DNA of 35,523 bases, taken from a virus. Where the stretch lies: the IMG/VR virus record IMGVR_UViG_3300045988_095824. The stretch is one strand, 5' to 3'. The notes beneath the pieces were generated by a model, which had not been told where the DNA came from, did not search any database, and saw nothing but the letters and a program-made list of their open reading frames with translations. Shown one piece after another: positions 8,848 through 17,372 of the stretch (position 1 is the stretch's first letter; every line of letters begins with the position of its first letter). The position numbers and the translations under genes were made by a program.

Positions 8848-9752
8848 CACTTGGCCGCCCTGCCGGTGGAGGTCGGCTTCTTGAGCACGGCGATGCCCTT
8901 GGGGTCGAGGATCGCGTAGCTGTACATGGCCTCGGTGCGGTAGGCGATCTGGTTGACGCCCTTGAGGTCCTTGCCGGTGTTGTCGGGGTCGCCGTATTCG
9001 ATGATCTCGCTCCAGATGTCGCGCACCATGCCCCACTTGATGAGGCGGAAGTCGCCGAGGAAGGCGAGGATGCCGGTCGCCGGGGTGATGAGGCGGCCGT
9101 TGACCGTGCCGGACGTGGCGGCGGGGATGCCGTCGAGGCTGCCGACCTGGAGGTTGATCGGGATTTCCGGGTAGAAGCGCTGGCCGGTGGAGGGCACGCG
9201 GATCTTGCGCAGCTCGTTCGCCATGGTCTTGGACAGGGCGATGCCGTTGATGTCGTACTCGTCGCTGACGACCTCGGCGAGGCTGTCGATGTCGGCGACG
9301 CGATCGTCGGTGGCCGTCACGCCGACCGCGCTTTTGGCGAGCGCGTTGAAGCCTTCGAGGGTCGTCTTCTTCTTGGGGTCGAAGGCGTGGTAGATGACGT
9401 AGTCGAGGACGCGGCCCATCGCTGCGGCCTGATCTGCCAGAATCTTGCTGGTGATCTCCAGTTTGGCGTCTTCGTCGGCCCACTGGAGCTCGCTGCTGAC
9501 GCGGGTCGTGGTCTGCACCTTGAAGCGTTTGCCGACGACAGGGGTGAGGGTTTCCTCGTAGCTGGACTTCTGTGCGCCTTCGGCGACGACCTCGGCTTCG
9601 GAATTGCCGGTGAAGACCATGTAGTCCTTGTCGAGGAAGAGCTGGGGTTCGCTCGGGGAGAGCGCGGCGATGGTGCTGGTGTCCTTGGCGCGCTTGGTGA
9701 TGACGGTGGCTACTTCCTTGGGGAGCAGCACCTTGCTGGTGTCGAGTGCCAT
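8847..9752 (-). CDS. Major capsid protein (HK97 fold type)
   Basis: 301 aa following a scaffold gene, with composition and length typical of an HK97-like MCP. Confidence 0.85.
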   Translation of the reverse strand: MALDTSKVLLPKEVATVITKRAKDTSTIAALSPSEPQLFLDKDYMVFTGNSEAEVVAEGAQKSSYEETLTPVVGKRFKVQTTTRVSSELQWADEDAKLEITSKILADQAAAMGRVLDYVIYHAFDPKKKTTLEGFNALAKSAVGVTATDDRVADIDSLAEVVSDEYDINGIALSKTMANELRKIRVPSTGQRFYPEIPINLQVGSLDGIPAATSGTVNGRLITPATGILAFLGDFRLIKWGMVRDIWSEIIEYGDPDNTGKDLKGVNQIAYRTEAMYSYAILDPKGIAVLKKPTSTGRAAK

Positions 9753-9797
9753 GATGATGGTTTCCTTTCAGATGAGGGGTGAGGAGGTGTTGGCCGG

Positions 9798-10331
9798 TTA
9801 GAGGCCGAGGTTGCGCAGGTAGTTGACCATGCTCTCGTTCGGGCCTTTGCCGGACGGCTGGCGGTCCGCGCCGTGCACGGCCGGGGCCTTGGGTTTGGGG
9901 TTGAGCAGCTCGTGGATGCGCTTGGCGTGCGATTGCATGGCTTCGAGGCTGTCGCCTTCGATCACGTCGGCGGGTACGCCGGTCTCGGCCGACACCTGCG
10001 CCTTCCAGTCGGCCTGCTGTTCCTTGGCCTTGTAGGCGGCTACCTGCGCTTCGAGTTCCTGCGTGCGCTTGGCGGCCTTCTCGGTTTCGCTCATTTGGGA
10101 TTCCTTGAGCTTTTCCAGCTCGTCGGCGGCGGCCTTGTTGGCCTTCGCTTTCTTTTCCCAGTCGCGCGAGTGGCCGAGCGCTTCCTTGTATTTGGCTTCC
10201 CAGTCGATCGGATCGCCGGCGTTCTCCGTGCCGGCCGATGCCGGCGGTTGCCCGGTGCCGCCGGTGGACTCGCCGCCTTCCGGCGGGGCCGCGACGAATC
10301 GGATGTGATGGGGTGTGGGGGTGAGGAACAT
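9798..10331 (-). CDS. Scaffolding protein
   Basis: Start reassigned to MFLTPTPHH... (ATG 10331, AAGGAG RBS). It has a charged coiled-coil centre (KAKANKAAADELEKLKE..ELEAQVAAYKAKEQQ) and lies directly upstream of the capsid gene. Confidence 0.75.
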   Translation of the reverse strand: MFLTPTPHHIRFVAAPPEGGESTGGTGQPPASAGTENAGDPIDWEAKYKEALGHSRDWEKKAKANKAAADELEKLKESQMSETEKAAKRTQELEAQVAAYKAKEQQADWKAQVSAETGVPADVIEGDSLEAMQSHAKRIHELLNPKPKAPAVHGADRQPSGKGPNESMVNYLRNLGL

Positions 10332-10368
10332 GGTTGTTCTCCTTGTGGTTGAGCCCTTTCCGGGCATT

Positions 10369-10392
10369 AAAAAAGCCGCCCGTGCGGGTGGC
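10369..10392 (-). terminator. Rho-independent terminator inside the late operon, just after the MuF-like gene
   Basis: Minus strand reads GCCACCC-GCAC-GGGCGGC followed by TTTTTTAAT. Confidence 0.6.
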
Positions 10393-10441
10393 TGAAAATC
10401 TGTTAGACTGGAATTGTCTTGGCTTCTCTACCTCGAACCCG

Positions 10442-11797
10442 TTATTGGCTCTGGGAGTGAGAAGCCGTTTCCGTATCGCGTTCGACCCTGACGATGTTCC
10501 CGTCGTAGTCGATGAGCAGAACGTAGTCGAGACGTCTGCGTCGAAGCGATGACCGTATGTAGTCTTTGCAGGCTTCGGCGTCCAGTTCCGTTCTTTCCTT
10601 TTGCAGATGAATGACTGCGGCGTCTCCTTGGCGGGCTGCGGATCGGAGAAGCTGGTCTATGGTGTTTTTGCCGTGTCCTTCCGGCGCTTTGAAGTCCACT
10701 CGTTTACCGTTGATGATGGCGTCTGATGTCTTCACGCCTTGTTTGTCGCTTCTTTCGCGCACTGTCACGGCAAACCCGTTGTCTTTGAGGGCGTCGAGCG
10801 TTTTGCGTTCGTGCTTCTGAAGTTCAGACCACGCCCTTGCGCTTTCCACGGAGGGTTCCGGCGTGGTGCCGTCGTACAGCCATCGACGGTCGCGCTGGCT
10901 CATTTCCTCGGTGATGCGATGCGTCGTCCACAGGTTGTAGTCGTCTATCTCGTCTTCGTCTTTACCTGCGTCCTTCATACGGGCGACGTATTTTCCATAT
11001 TCGTCGCGATTGAGCATGCCGGCGATCGTCTTGCGGCATTGCAGGTATCGGGCTTTCATGCCTTCCGGGTCGTAGCCTTTGACGTGGGCTTCTCCCCAAC
11101 TGGATACGATGCGGCAGTCGTCGTTCTTGTGATATCGATTGTCCCGTCCGCCGGCCTTTTCCTCGCTCCAGTAGACGAAGCCTCGCGAGGCCATGAGGAT
11201 GCAGAACGCGCAGGTCGGGCCGACCGGAACGCGGGCGTAGCGCGGTTGCGAGGGATCGTGCTCGCCGTTGAATTTGGCCGTGAGTCGTGCCGTGACGCCC
11301 ACGATGTCGGCGGCGAGGTTCATCCATTCGTCTTGTCCGTATCCGTCGGTCTTCATGGCCCATAGGTCGTCCATCGTCAGCCCAGCGCGACTGCGGTGGT
11401 TGATGACGTCCACGAATTTGAGTCCGACGTGGTCGGTGCTGTTGTATCCTCCGACGATCTGCCAGAAGGCGCGATCCGCGCTCACCTGCGACGGTTCGTA
11501 GGACGGCAGTTCCACGCCGGCGGCTTCGGCCCATGCGGATCGCACCGCGTCATAGTAGTCGTTGGCGACTTGGTTGGCGCGATCCGCGTAGGTCTCGAAC
11601 ACTTCCGTGCGAAGGTAGTGCAGCGGGTCTTCAAAATTGTCCCACGCAACTCCGGCCGCGAGCTGCTTGGCCTCAAGGGACAGGTCGGCGAGCGCGTCCT
11701 GATAGTCGTCCCAGAGGTCGTCAAGATGGGTTTGGAATGCTTGGCGCTGCTGTGGAGTGAGGTTGTTCAGCGGCAGGTTGGCCGGTTTGCTGCTCAT
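10442..11797 (-). CDS. MuF-like head morphogenesis protein with a C-terminal PD-(D/E)xK-like nuclease/toxin-type domain
   Basis: AAGGAGG RBS. The N-terminal ~300 aa carry a Cys/His motif (PTCAFCILMASRGF...YHKNDDCRIV) typical of SPP1 gp7/MuF-type minor capsid proteins. The C-terminal ~130 aa read ERKTLDAL..SDAIINGKRVDFKAPEG, giving an E...D...DxK spacing. The C-terminal DNA is visibly lower in GC than its surroundings. Confidence 0.6.
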   Translation of the reverse strand: MSSKPANLPLNNLTPQQRQAFQTHLDDLWDDYQDALADLSLEAKQLAAGVAWDNFEDPLHYLRTEVFETYADRANQVANDYYDAVRSAWAEAAGVELPSYEPSQVSADRAFWQIVGGYNSTDHVGLKFVDVINHRSRAGLTMDDLWAMKTDGYGQDEWMNLAADIVGVTARLTAKFNGEHDPSQPRYARVPVGPTCAFCILMASRGFVYWSEEKAGGRDNRYHKNDDCRIVSSWGEAHVKGYDPEGMKARYLQCRKTIAGMLNRDEYGKYVARMKDAGKDEDEIDDYNLWTTHRITEEMSQRDRRWLYDGTTPEPSVESARAWSELQKHERKTLDALKDNGFAVTVRERSDKQGVKTSDAIINGKRVDFKAPEGHGKNTIDQLLRSAARQGDAAVIHLQKERTELDAEACKDYIRSSLRRRRLDYVLLIDYDGNIVRVERDTETASHSQSQ

Positions 11798-13244
11798 TGG
11801 CTTCGGCCTCCTTGCCGTCGGTCTTGGCGATCGTCAGTTTGGCTCTGAGCTCGTCGATGGATTGCTGGGTGCGCTGTTGGCGTTCGTAGGTTCGGTGGGC
11901 TTTGATTTCGTCCCATGTCAGGCCGGCGCGGCTCAGGCCCACGTCGCTGTCGGCGAAGGCGGGGTTGGTGGATGCGACCTTCTGGTACCAGTCGGCGCGG
12001 GCGGCGTCGCTGGCTTCCTTGACCGGTGCCCAGATGGGTCGCAGTTCGCGCAATGCGTCAGGGTCTGCGCCCTGATAGGCCAGTGCGATGCTCATGGCTT
12101 CCTTCAACGCGCGGCCGAAGCGTTTGTTTTGCCGGTCGGCGGTGCGGGAGAGCTTGCGTTCGGCTTCGGCCATCGCCTCGGCCGAGGCGGGATTGTCCAT
12201 CGTGATGCCGAGGTCGTTGACGGGGATGTCGGTTTCGGAGCTGACCATGAGGGCGATGGTGCGCAGCATGTCGGCGTGCGGGGTCATGGATGCCTGCTGG
12301 AGCTGCTGCATGGTGGGCTTGTCGCCGTTCTTGTTGGCGGGCATGCCGTTCATGACGCTCACGATGCTGCTCCATGTGTCGTCGGTGAACTTCTTCGACG
12401 CTCCGATGAACCACACGCGGGGGGCCGCATAGAATTCGGCGGTGGCCTCCATGCGCACCATGGTTCGCAGGCCGAAGTCGGTCAGGTTCATCAGTGTGCG
12501 GGTGATGCGGCTGTTGCCCAGCGGATGGTAGGACTGGGCGTCGTTGACGAGGGGCACGACGCTTGGCCGGTCGAGGTTGGTTTCGATCGTCCGCGCCGTC
12601 CACGGGCCTTCGCTGTTGTCGATTTCGTAGACCTTGCCGGGCAGCCATACGGTGAACGCGGTGATGCGCCCGGTTCTGTCGTCCTTGTCGGTGATGGTCA
12701 AAGCCGAGCCGAGACGGCGGCGCCGGCGGTCCCAGATGCCCGCGCTCCAGTCCGCCGAGCGGGGCAGCATGAGGATGCGGCCGGGTTCGTCGGGGTCTTC
12801 GTACACGGTGATGAAGCTGCATCCGTGGATGTAGGCGCTGGTGATCGCCTCGGAGACGTCGGTGTCCCATGCGTTGTCGTCCACGAGCTCGTCCACCTGC
12901 GCTTGCAGCGGGTCGGGCGCGTCGAAGCCCTCGAACACGTTGAGGTCGGCGAGCGCTCGGACTGCTTTGTTGGGCCATCCGATCATTGGTTTGGCGAGGG
13001 CGCGCATTTCTTTGGGGATGCTGTAGGCGACGCCGTTGTATCGGTATCGGGCTTGGTAGTATTCGGCTCTCAGCATGTTGCGTGCGTAGTGGTCGCGCCA
13101 TGTTGTGAGGAGTTTTTGGATGGTGGGCATGTCGTCGTCTTCGACGCCTTTGATGCGGGTGATGTTGGCGGATTGGACGGCGAGGTAGGCGTCTTGGGTG
13201 GCGGGGTTGGTGATGGCGACGCCGTTGTGGTCGGTGGTGGGCAT
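11721..13244 (-). CDS. Portal protein
   Basis: Start reassigned to MPTTDHNGVAI... (ATG 13244, TAATG overlap with the TerL stop, GGAGAC 9 nt upstream). 507 aa. The upstream 238 codons of the track ORF are shadow frame inside terL. The 3' end overlaps the MuF-like gene by 77 nt. Confidence 0.85.
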   Translation of the reverse strand: MPTTDHNGVAITNPATQDAYLAVQSANITRIKGVEDDDMPTIQKLLTTWRDHYARNMLRAEYYQARYRYNGVAYSIPKEMRALAKPMIGWPNKAVRALADLNVFEGFDAPDPLQAQVDELVDDNAWDTDVSEAITSAYIHGCSFITVYEDPDEPGRILMLPRSADWSAGIWDRRRRRLGSALTITDKDDRTGRITAFTVWLPGKVYEIDNSEGPWTARTIETNLDRPSVVPLVNDAQSYHPLGNSRITRTLMNLTDFGLRTMVRMEATAEFYAAPRVWFIGASKKFTDDTWSSIVSVMNGMPANKNGDKPTMQQLQQASMTPHADMLRTIALMVSSETDIPVNDLGITMDNPASAEAMAEAERKLSRTADRQNKRFGRALKEAMSIALAYQGADPDALRELRPIWAPVKEASDAARADWYQKVASTNPAFADSDVGLSRAGLTWDEIKAHRTYERQQRTQQSIDELRAKLTIAKTDGKEAEANEQQTGQPAAEQPHSTAAPSIPNPS

Positions 13245-14677
13245 TAGAACCATGTCTCCGTTTCTTGGGTGGGGTCTCTTCTGGTGGTCATGGCCCCGTG
13301 GAGGGCGAGGGTGACGGCGTTGAGTGGGCTGATGTCGGTGTCGTCGTCGGGTCGGTTCCATCCGAAGAGTCCGTTTTTGCCGATGGGGCGTGTGGTGGCT
13401 TTGGCGGCGGCTTGCCAGAGTGGTTGTTGGCCGTCTTCGGGCAGGTGGGTGAGGGTGCCGTCTCTGAGCATGTCCTGGAGGCGGCCGCAGGCGCGGCCCA
13501 TGTCGGTGGCGGCGGTGACGGTGACGGTGACGCCGGCCTGGGCGAGGTCGGGCAGGAGCGCGGTGGCGGGGCTTTGCCCGTCGATGACGAGCGCGGCGGT
13601 TTGTTCCCAGACCTTGTCGATGAGGTTGACGGCCCACATGGTGCCGTCTTGGTTGGTGTCCCTGTATTCGGCGAGTTCGATGTGGGCGGTGTTGTCGTCG
13701 TAGCGCATGCATGCGCCGATGGTCAGGCGCGTGCGTTGGGGGTTCATGTCGATGCCGAAGCTCATGACGCCGCCGGGGCGGCGTTTGTCGATGGTGGCTT
13801 CCTCCCATTGGCGGCGGTCGATGGCCTGGCTGAGGGCGTGTTCGTCCCAGATGCCGAGGGCTTCGCGGCGGAAGTCGTCGCCGGTGAGGTTTTCCCACAG
13901 GTTGGCGATGGATTCGTCGCTGGTGTGGGCGGGGTAGCTGGGGTTGGCTTTCCTCCATTGCTGGCGGTCGAGGGGGTCGGCGTCGCGGTCTGCGGTGAAT
14001 TCGACGTAGAGGGTCGAGTGGGTGCGGCCGGCGCGCGCTTTGTCCCTCAGGCGGGTGAACGCTTCGCCGTTGTCCCTTGGCCCGGGCGGGGTGCCCATGT
14101 AGATGGTCTGGGGGTTCCAGGCGCGGTTCTGGGTCGGCAGCATCGACGCCATCGCCGAGTCGGACAGGTGCTGGGCCTCGTCGATGACGAGCAGGGCGAT
14201 CTTCTTGACGCCTCGCAATGCGCCTCGTTCTCGCGCGCGGAAGAAGATGCGCGACCCGTTGCGGAAGCGTATTTCCTCCTTGCCGGCGGCCAGGGATATG
14301 CCGTGGTCGGGGTCAACGAGACCGCTCATTTCGGGGCGCAGGACGATCGCGCACAGGCTTTCGAACGTGTCCTTGATGACGCTGAAGTGCTGGGCCGTCC
14401 ACACGATGCGCATGCCGGGGGTTCGGGCGGCGCGGTGGATCGCGACCCAGCCGATGTCGTAGGTCTTGCCGGTCTGGCGCGGGATCGACAGCACGGCGTT
14501 GCGGGCGCTCCAGAAGCCGTCGGCGCTTTTCGCGAGGATGATCCGGTTGATCTGCCGCTGCCAGACGTCGAACCGGTCGCCCGCCGCTGCGGCGAGCCTG
14601 TTGAGGCTCGGCTCTCCGCTGGTGTACAAATCGTCGGGGATGATCTGGCAGCTCGCCCCGTCAATCCTCGTGTTCAT
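13244..14677 (-). CDS. terL: Terminase large subunit
   Basis: Walker A-like PRQTGKT, Walker B LLVIDEAQ, 477 aa, positioned before the portal gene. Confidence 0.9.
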   Translation of the reverse strand: MNTRIDGASCQIIPDDLYTSGEPSLNRLAAAAGDRFDVWQRQINRIILAKSADGFWSARNAVLSIPRQTGKTYDIGWVAIHRAARTPGMRIVWTAQHFSVIKDTFESLCAIVLRPEMSGLVDPDHGISLAAGKEEIRFRNGSRIFFRARERGALRGVKKIALLVIDEAQHLSDSAMASMLPTQNRAWNPQTIYMGTPPGPRDNGEAFTRLRDKARAGRTHSTLYVEFTADRDADPLDRQQWRKANPSYPAHTSDESIANLWENLTGDDFRREALGIWDEHALSQAIDRRQWEEATIDKRRPGGVMSFGIDMNPQRTRLTIGACMRYDDNTAHIELAEYRDTNQDGTMWAVNLIDKVWEQTAALVIDGQSPATALLPDLAQAGVTVTVTAATDMGRACGRLQDMLRDGTLTHLPEDGQQPLWQAAAKATTRPIGKNGLFGWNRPDDDTDISPLNAVTLALHGAMTTRRDPTQETETWF

Positions 14678-14954
14678 CCAATCGTTCGTCCTCCGTGTCC
14701 AGGGCCTGCATGGCCGGATCGTGCCCGTTCGACGCCTTGTCGATCGCCTCGATCTCGGCGCTCATGTCCGCGAGCCGTTTCGTCAATGACGCGAGGTCGC
14801 GTGAGCTTATCGACCCTTCGTCGAGCTTTTCGGCGATCAGGTTGCGCATCGCCACCAGGAGGCGGCGACGATCACCGGAAGCGGCGGCATTGCTGACCCT
14901 ATGGGACTTCGACGCGCTCTTCGACCTGGTGGTTTTCGACGTTCTGGCGACCAT
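14661..14954 (-). CDS. terS: Terminase small subunit (putative)
   Basis: 97 aa with a basic N-terminus and acidic C-terminus. It overlaps the terL start by 17 nt and sits between HNH and TerL. Confidence 0.55.
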   Translation of the reverse strand: MVARTSKTTRSKSASKSHRVSNAAASGDRRRLLVAMRNLIAEKLDEGSISSRDLASLTKRLADMSAEIEAIDKASNGHDPAMQALDTEDERLDEHED

Positions 14955-15038
14955 GACGGCTCCTTGCCAAGTGTGGAAAAAAGTCCGGGGGAAAAACGGC
15001 CCTTTGCCCGTGGTGGCCGTGAGGTGGCCGGGCAGGGT

Positions 15039-15419
15039 CTACTCCCTACCCCCGAACCAGTCCGAGCAGCGGATCGGCCCGGCCGAGACCTGTGCGGCGC
15101 GCTGCGGCGCTTTGCCTTGCGTGATGAGGTGGGCGACGCGCTCGCGTGCCCATGCCAGACTGTGCGTGCCCTTGATGGCGTTGCACCATCGGTGCGCCGG
15201 CCCGCTGTTGTCGTGCGTCAGGGTGCCGCCTCGCGCCAAGGGTATCGTCTCGTCGATCACGAAGCTGTACGGGTCGGGCGAACGCAGCGTGTAGTCGATG
15301 GGCCGATAGCAGATGTAGCAGTCGGCTTGCATGTGCCGCCATCGCTGCTGCTCCAGCCTGCGCCTGTGCCCGTTGCGTTTGCGCGGGTTGCTCACCTGAG
15401 CCTCGGTTTCGCGGTGCAT
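15039..15419 (-). CDS. HNH endonuclease (terminase-associated)
   Basis: Start reassigned to MHRETEAQVSNP... (ATG 15419). Motifs are CYICYRPID...DETIPLARGG...HDN...HRWCN. It is adjacent to the terminase genes, as in HK97-like cos phages. Confidence 0.8.
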   Translation of the reverse strand: MHRETEAQVSNPRKRNGHRRRLEQQRWRHMQADCYICYRPIDYTLRSPDPYSFVIDETIPLARGGTLTHDNSGPAHRWCNAIKGTHSLAWARERVAHLITQGKAPQRAAQVSAGPIRCSDWFGGRE

Positions 15420-15610
15420 TGGCTGACCTCGACGCCGGCCCTGAACACGATCTCGTCGGCGATCAACGGCACCCACACGATGCCCAGATCGTCGCGCCCC
15501 ACCTCCGGGTAGGGCTGCCGGTCGGCCAATGGGTAAGGGAAGATCAAGCCGTCCACGAGCACACGCCCCCTGCGGGCGTCCACTTCGATGCGCTTGGGAC
15601 ACAACGCCAT
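15392..15610 (-). CDS. Hypothetical protein (72 aa)
   Basis: MALCPKRIEVDARRGRVLVDGLIFPYPLADRQ... (ATG 15610). The upstream part of the track ORF runs through the tRNA and was discarded. Confidence 0.4.
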   Translation of the reverse strand: MALCPKRIEVDARRGRVLVDGLIFPYPLADRQPYPEVGRDDLGIVWVPLIADEIVFRAGVEVSQCTAKPRLR

Positions 15611-15755
15611 GACACGACTCCAATCGAACGCTTGTACGGATCGACAGACTGCGCTCGCCGGCGGGAAGAAGAGGAAAGAACCGGCGGCGAGGCGTCTGTC
15701 TGTGGTGGTTTCTCGGGTGCCGCATACGCTGGTTGTGCACGGTGCCGGCGGCGGC

Positions 15756-15850
15756 TGGCGGATGGTGCGGGATTCGAACCCGCGAAGCATGAGGCTATCA
15801 TGCTTGCCCGCTTAGCAAGCGGGTGCCTTCGGCCGCTCGGCCAACCATCC
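15756..15850 (-). tRNA. tRNA-Ser (anticodon GCT), class II with long variable arm, CCA encoded
   Basis: Folded by hand: acceptor GGATGGT/ACCATCC; anticodon arm CCCGC-TTGCTAA-GCGGG; variable arm with 7-bp stem AAGCATG/CATGCTT; T-arm GCGGG-TTCGAAT-CCCGC; discriminator G; then CCA. Confidence 0.85.
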
Positions 15851-15856
15851 AGCGGG

Positions 15857-15890
15857 AACAAAAAAGCCCCGCCGGCATGGGCAGGGCTTT
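15857..15890 (-). terminator. Rho-independent terminator upstream of tRNA-Ser
   Basis: Minus strand has an 8-bp GC stem with one mismatch (GCCCTGCC / GGCGGGGC) followed by TTTTTTGTT. Confidence 0.6.
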
Positions 15891-15940
15891 CTCGATACTC
15901 CGATTACACGCGACAGCGTAACACGGAACCGGGTCAGGGG

Positions 15941-16774
15941 TCAAGCGTCGTCGTGGTCGCGTTCGTCCTTGGCCTGGGCGCACGCCAAGAGCTCCAGCAC
16001 ATTCCACGCCCAATAGGGGCCCTCGATGTGTCTTGTGCCGGGCATTTTGCCGCGTGCGCGCCAGTTCTTCAGGTCGTTGCCGCTCACGTTGACGCCGGTG
16101 TTGGCCCTGATCCAACGGGCGGCGTCGGATTGGGTGCGGGTGATGTGCATGAGGCCCGCGCTGCGCAGGTATTCGAGCCTGGTGCGCCGCAAGTCGAGCC
16201 ATGCGCCGCAGGCGGGGCATATCGCATACCGTGCGTCCCAGGCGGCGTAGATGGGCGTGCGCACCGGCTCCCCCTGCTCGTCGCGACCGTTGAGACAGTC
16301 GGGGCATACGCCGATGAGCCGCTTCTCCGCACTGTGCGACGTGGCCGCGTCCACCCGTTCCGCAAGACGCAGGGTGTCCGCGTACAGGCCGGAGGCGTCT
16401 TCGAGCCGGGCGAGGTCGCGCATGCGGCGCAGCAGCAGGCGGATGAGGTCGGCCCATTGCATGAGGGTGCGCGCCCGCTCGTATCGGTCATATCCGAGCG
16501 GTTTGATGCCGAGCCGGCCGCCCATGAGCTGCAAGTGCACCTCCACCGCGTTGAACAGGGCTTGGGCGGTCTCGTTGACCGGCGGGGCCGCATACGCCGT
16601 GTTGCCGTGTCGAGGAGAGCGCTCGCGGGTGGTGGCTTGTTTGTAGGCGATCTGCTGGAGGGCTGGCATGCCGGCCTTCAGGAGCCATGCGAGGCGTCGC
16701 GCCCAGTCTCGGGCGCATGCCTCGCAGATGGTGGCCTCGGCCGGTTTGCCGCAGATGACGCAGTTGTGTTCCAT
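15941..16774 (-). CDS. Zinc-ribbon / HTH-like DNA-binding protein (possible late-gene regulator)
   Basis: Start reassigned to MEHNCVICGKPAEATICEAC... (ATG 16774). It has three CxxC pairs (CVIC..CEAC, CPDC, CPAC) and a C-terminal HTH-like segment, and it precedes the packaging module. The function is inferred only. Confidence 0.4.
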   Translation of the reverse strand: MEHNCVICGKPAEATICEACARDWARRLAWLLKAGMPALQQIAYKQATTRERSPRHGNTAYAAPPVNETAQALFNAVEVHLQLMGGRLGIKPLGYDRYERARTLMQWADLIRLLLRRMRDLARLEDASGLYADTLRLAERVDAATSHSAEKRLIGVCPDCLNGRDEQGEPVRTPIYAAWDARYAICPACGAWLDLRRTRLEYLRSAGLMHITRTQSDAARWIRANTGVNVSGNDLKNWRARGKMPGTRHIEGPYWAWNVLELLACAQAKDERDHDDA

Positions 16775-16914
16775 ATCCCCCGCCCTTGTCGGTGCTAGAC
16801 TTGCCTTTTGGACAATGCAATGCCTCTGCCGCAAGGTGGGGGCTTTTTTATTTGCCTCGCCGCCGTTCCCGGCGTGGCGGATTGGCCGGGGGCGGCTTGA
16901 TTTCAACGATTTTT

Positions 16915-17139
16915 TTAACTTTCCTGTCTATTGTCGCTGATGCCGGCGGGTTTCGGCGGCGCGTACCGGGGTTCGAGGAATTCGGGGCGTTTCGGCTGTG
17001 GTGGCGCGGGGTGGGCTTGCAGGATGATGGCCTTCACCCCGTCGACGGGGATGCGCAGGGACTGCGCGGTCTCTTCCGGCGGCACACCCTTGCCGCGCCA
17101 TTCCACGATGATCCTCCTGACGCCTTCGGTGACTTTCAT
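16915..17139 (-). CDS. Small HTH protein (74 aa)
   Basis: MKVTEGVRRIIVEWRGKGVPPEETAQSLRIPVDGVKAII.., AGGAGG RBS, ATGA overlap with the upstream gene. Confidence 0.5.
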   Translation of the reverse strand: MKVTEGVRRIIVEWRGKGVPPEETAQSLRIPVDGVKAIILQAHPAPPQPKRPEFLEPRYAPPKPAGISDNRQES

Positions 17140-17372
17140 CCCCTCGCCTCCTGCCGGTCGAGCCGTTCGCATGCGGAGTGCCTGGCGCACATCATGGCGA
17201 CGCGGCGCATGCACTTGCGGATCGCGCCGTCGCAGGAGAGGGCGATGACGGCGAACCGGCCGAAGCATTCGGGGTGCGACGCGCTCGCGGTGGGCGTGGC
17301 GGTGCCGCGCATGATGATGACCGGCCCGATCTTCCAGGCGGTGACGTTAACGTCGATGTCGATGTCGTTCAT
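17136..17372 (-). CDS. Hypothetical protein (78 aa, Cys-rich C-terminus)
   Basis: MNDIDIDVNVTAWKIGPVIIMRG.., ATGA overlap with whiB. Confidence 0.45.
   Translation of the reverse strand: MNDIDIDVNVTAWKIGPVIIMRGTATPTASASHPECFGRFAVIALSCDGAIRKCMRRVAMMCARHSACERLDRQEARG

Noticed and set aside
11721-11797. 77-nt overlap between the portal 3' end and the MuF-like gene start, considered as a frameshift or fusion signal
   Set aside because: The MuF-like ATG has a strong AAGGAGG RBS at correct spacing, and the portal frame simply lacks an earlier stop. No slippery heptamer was seen. The low-complexity portal tail may be real or dispensable.
13245-13958. N-terminal 238-codon extension of the portal ORF in the track (11721..13958)
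   Set aside because: The extension is an R/H/P-rich shadow frame inside terL. The portal-like sequence begins at MPTTDHNG (ATG 13244), with a TAATG junction and an upstream GGAG.
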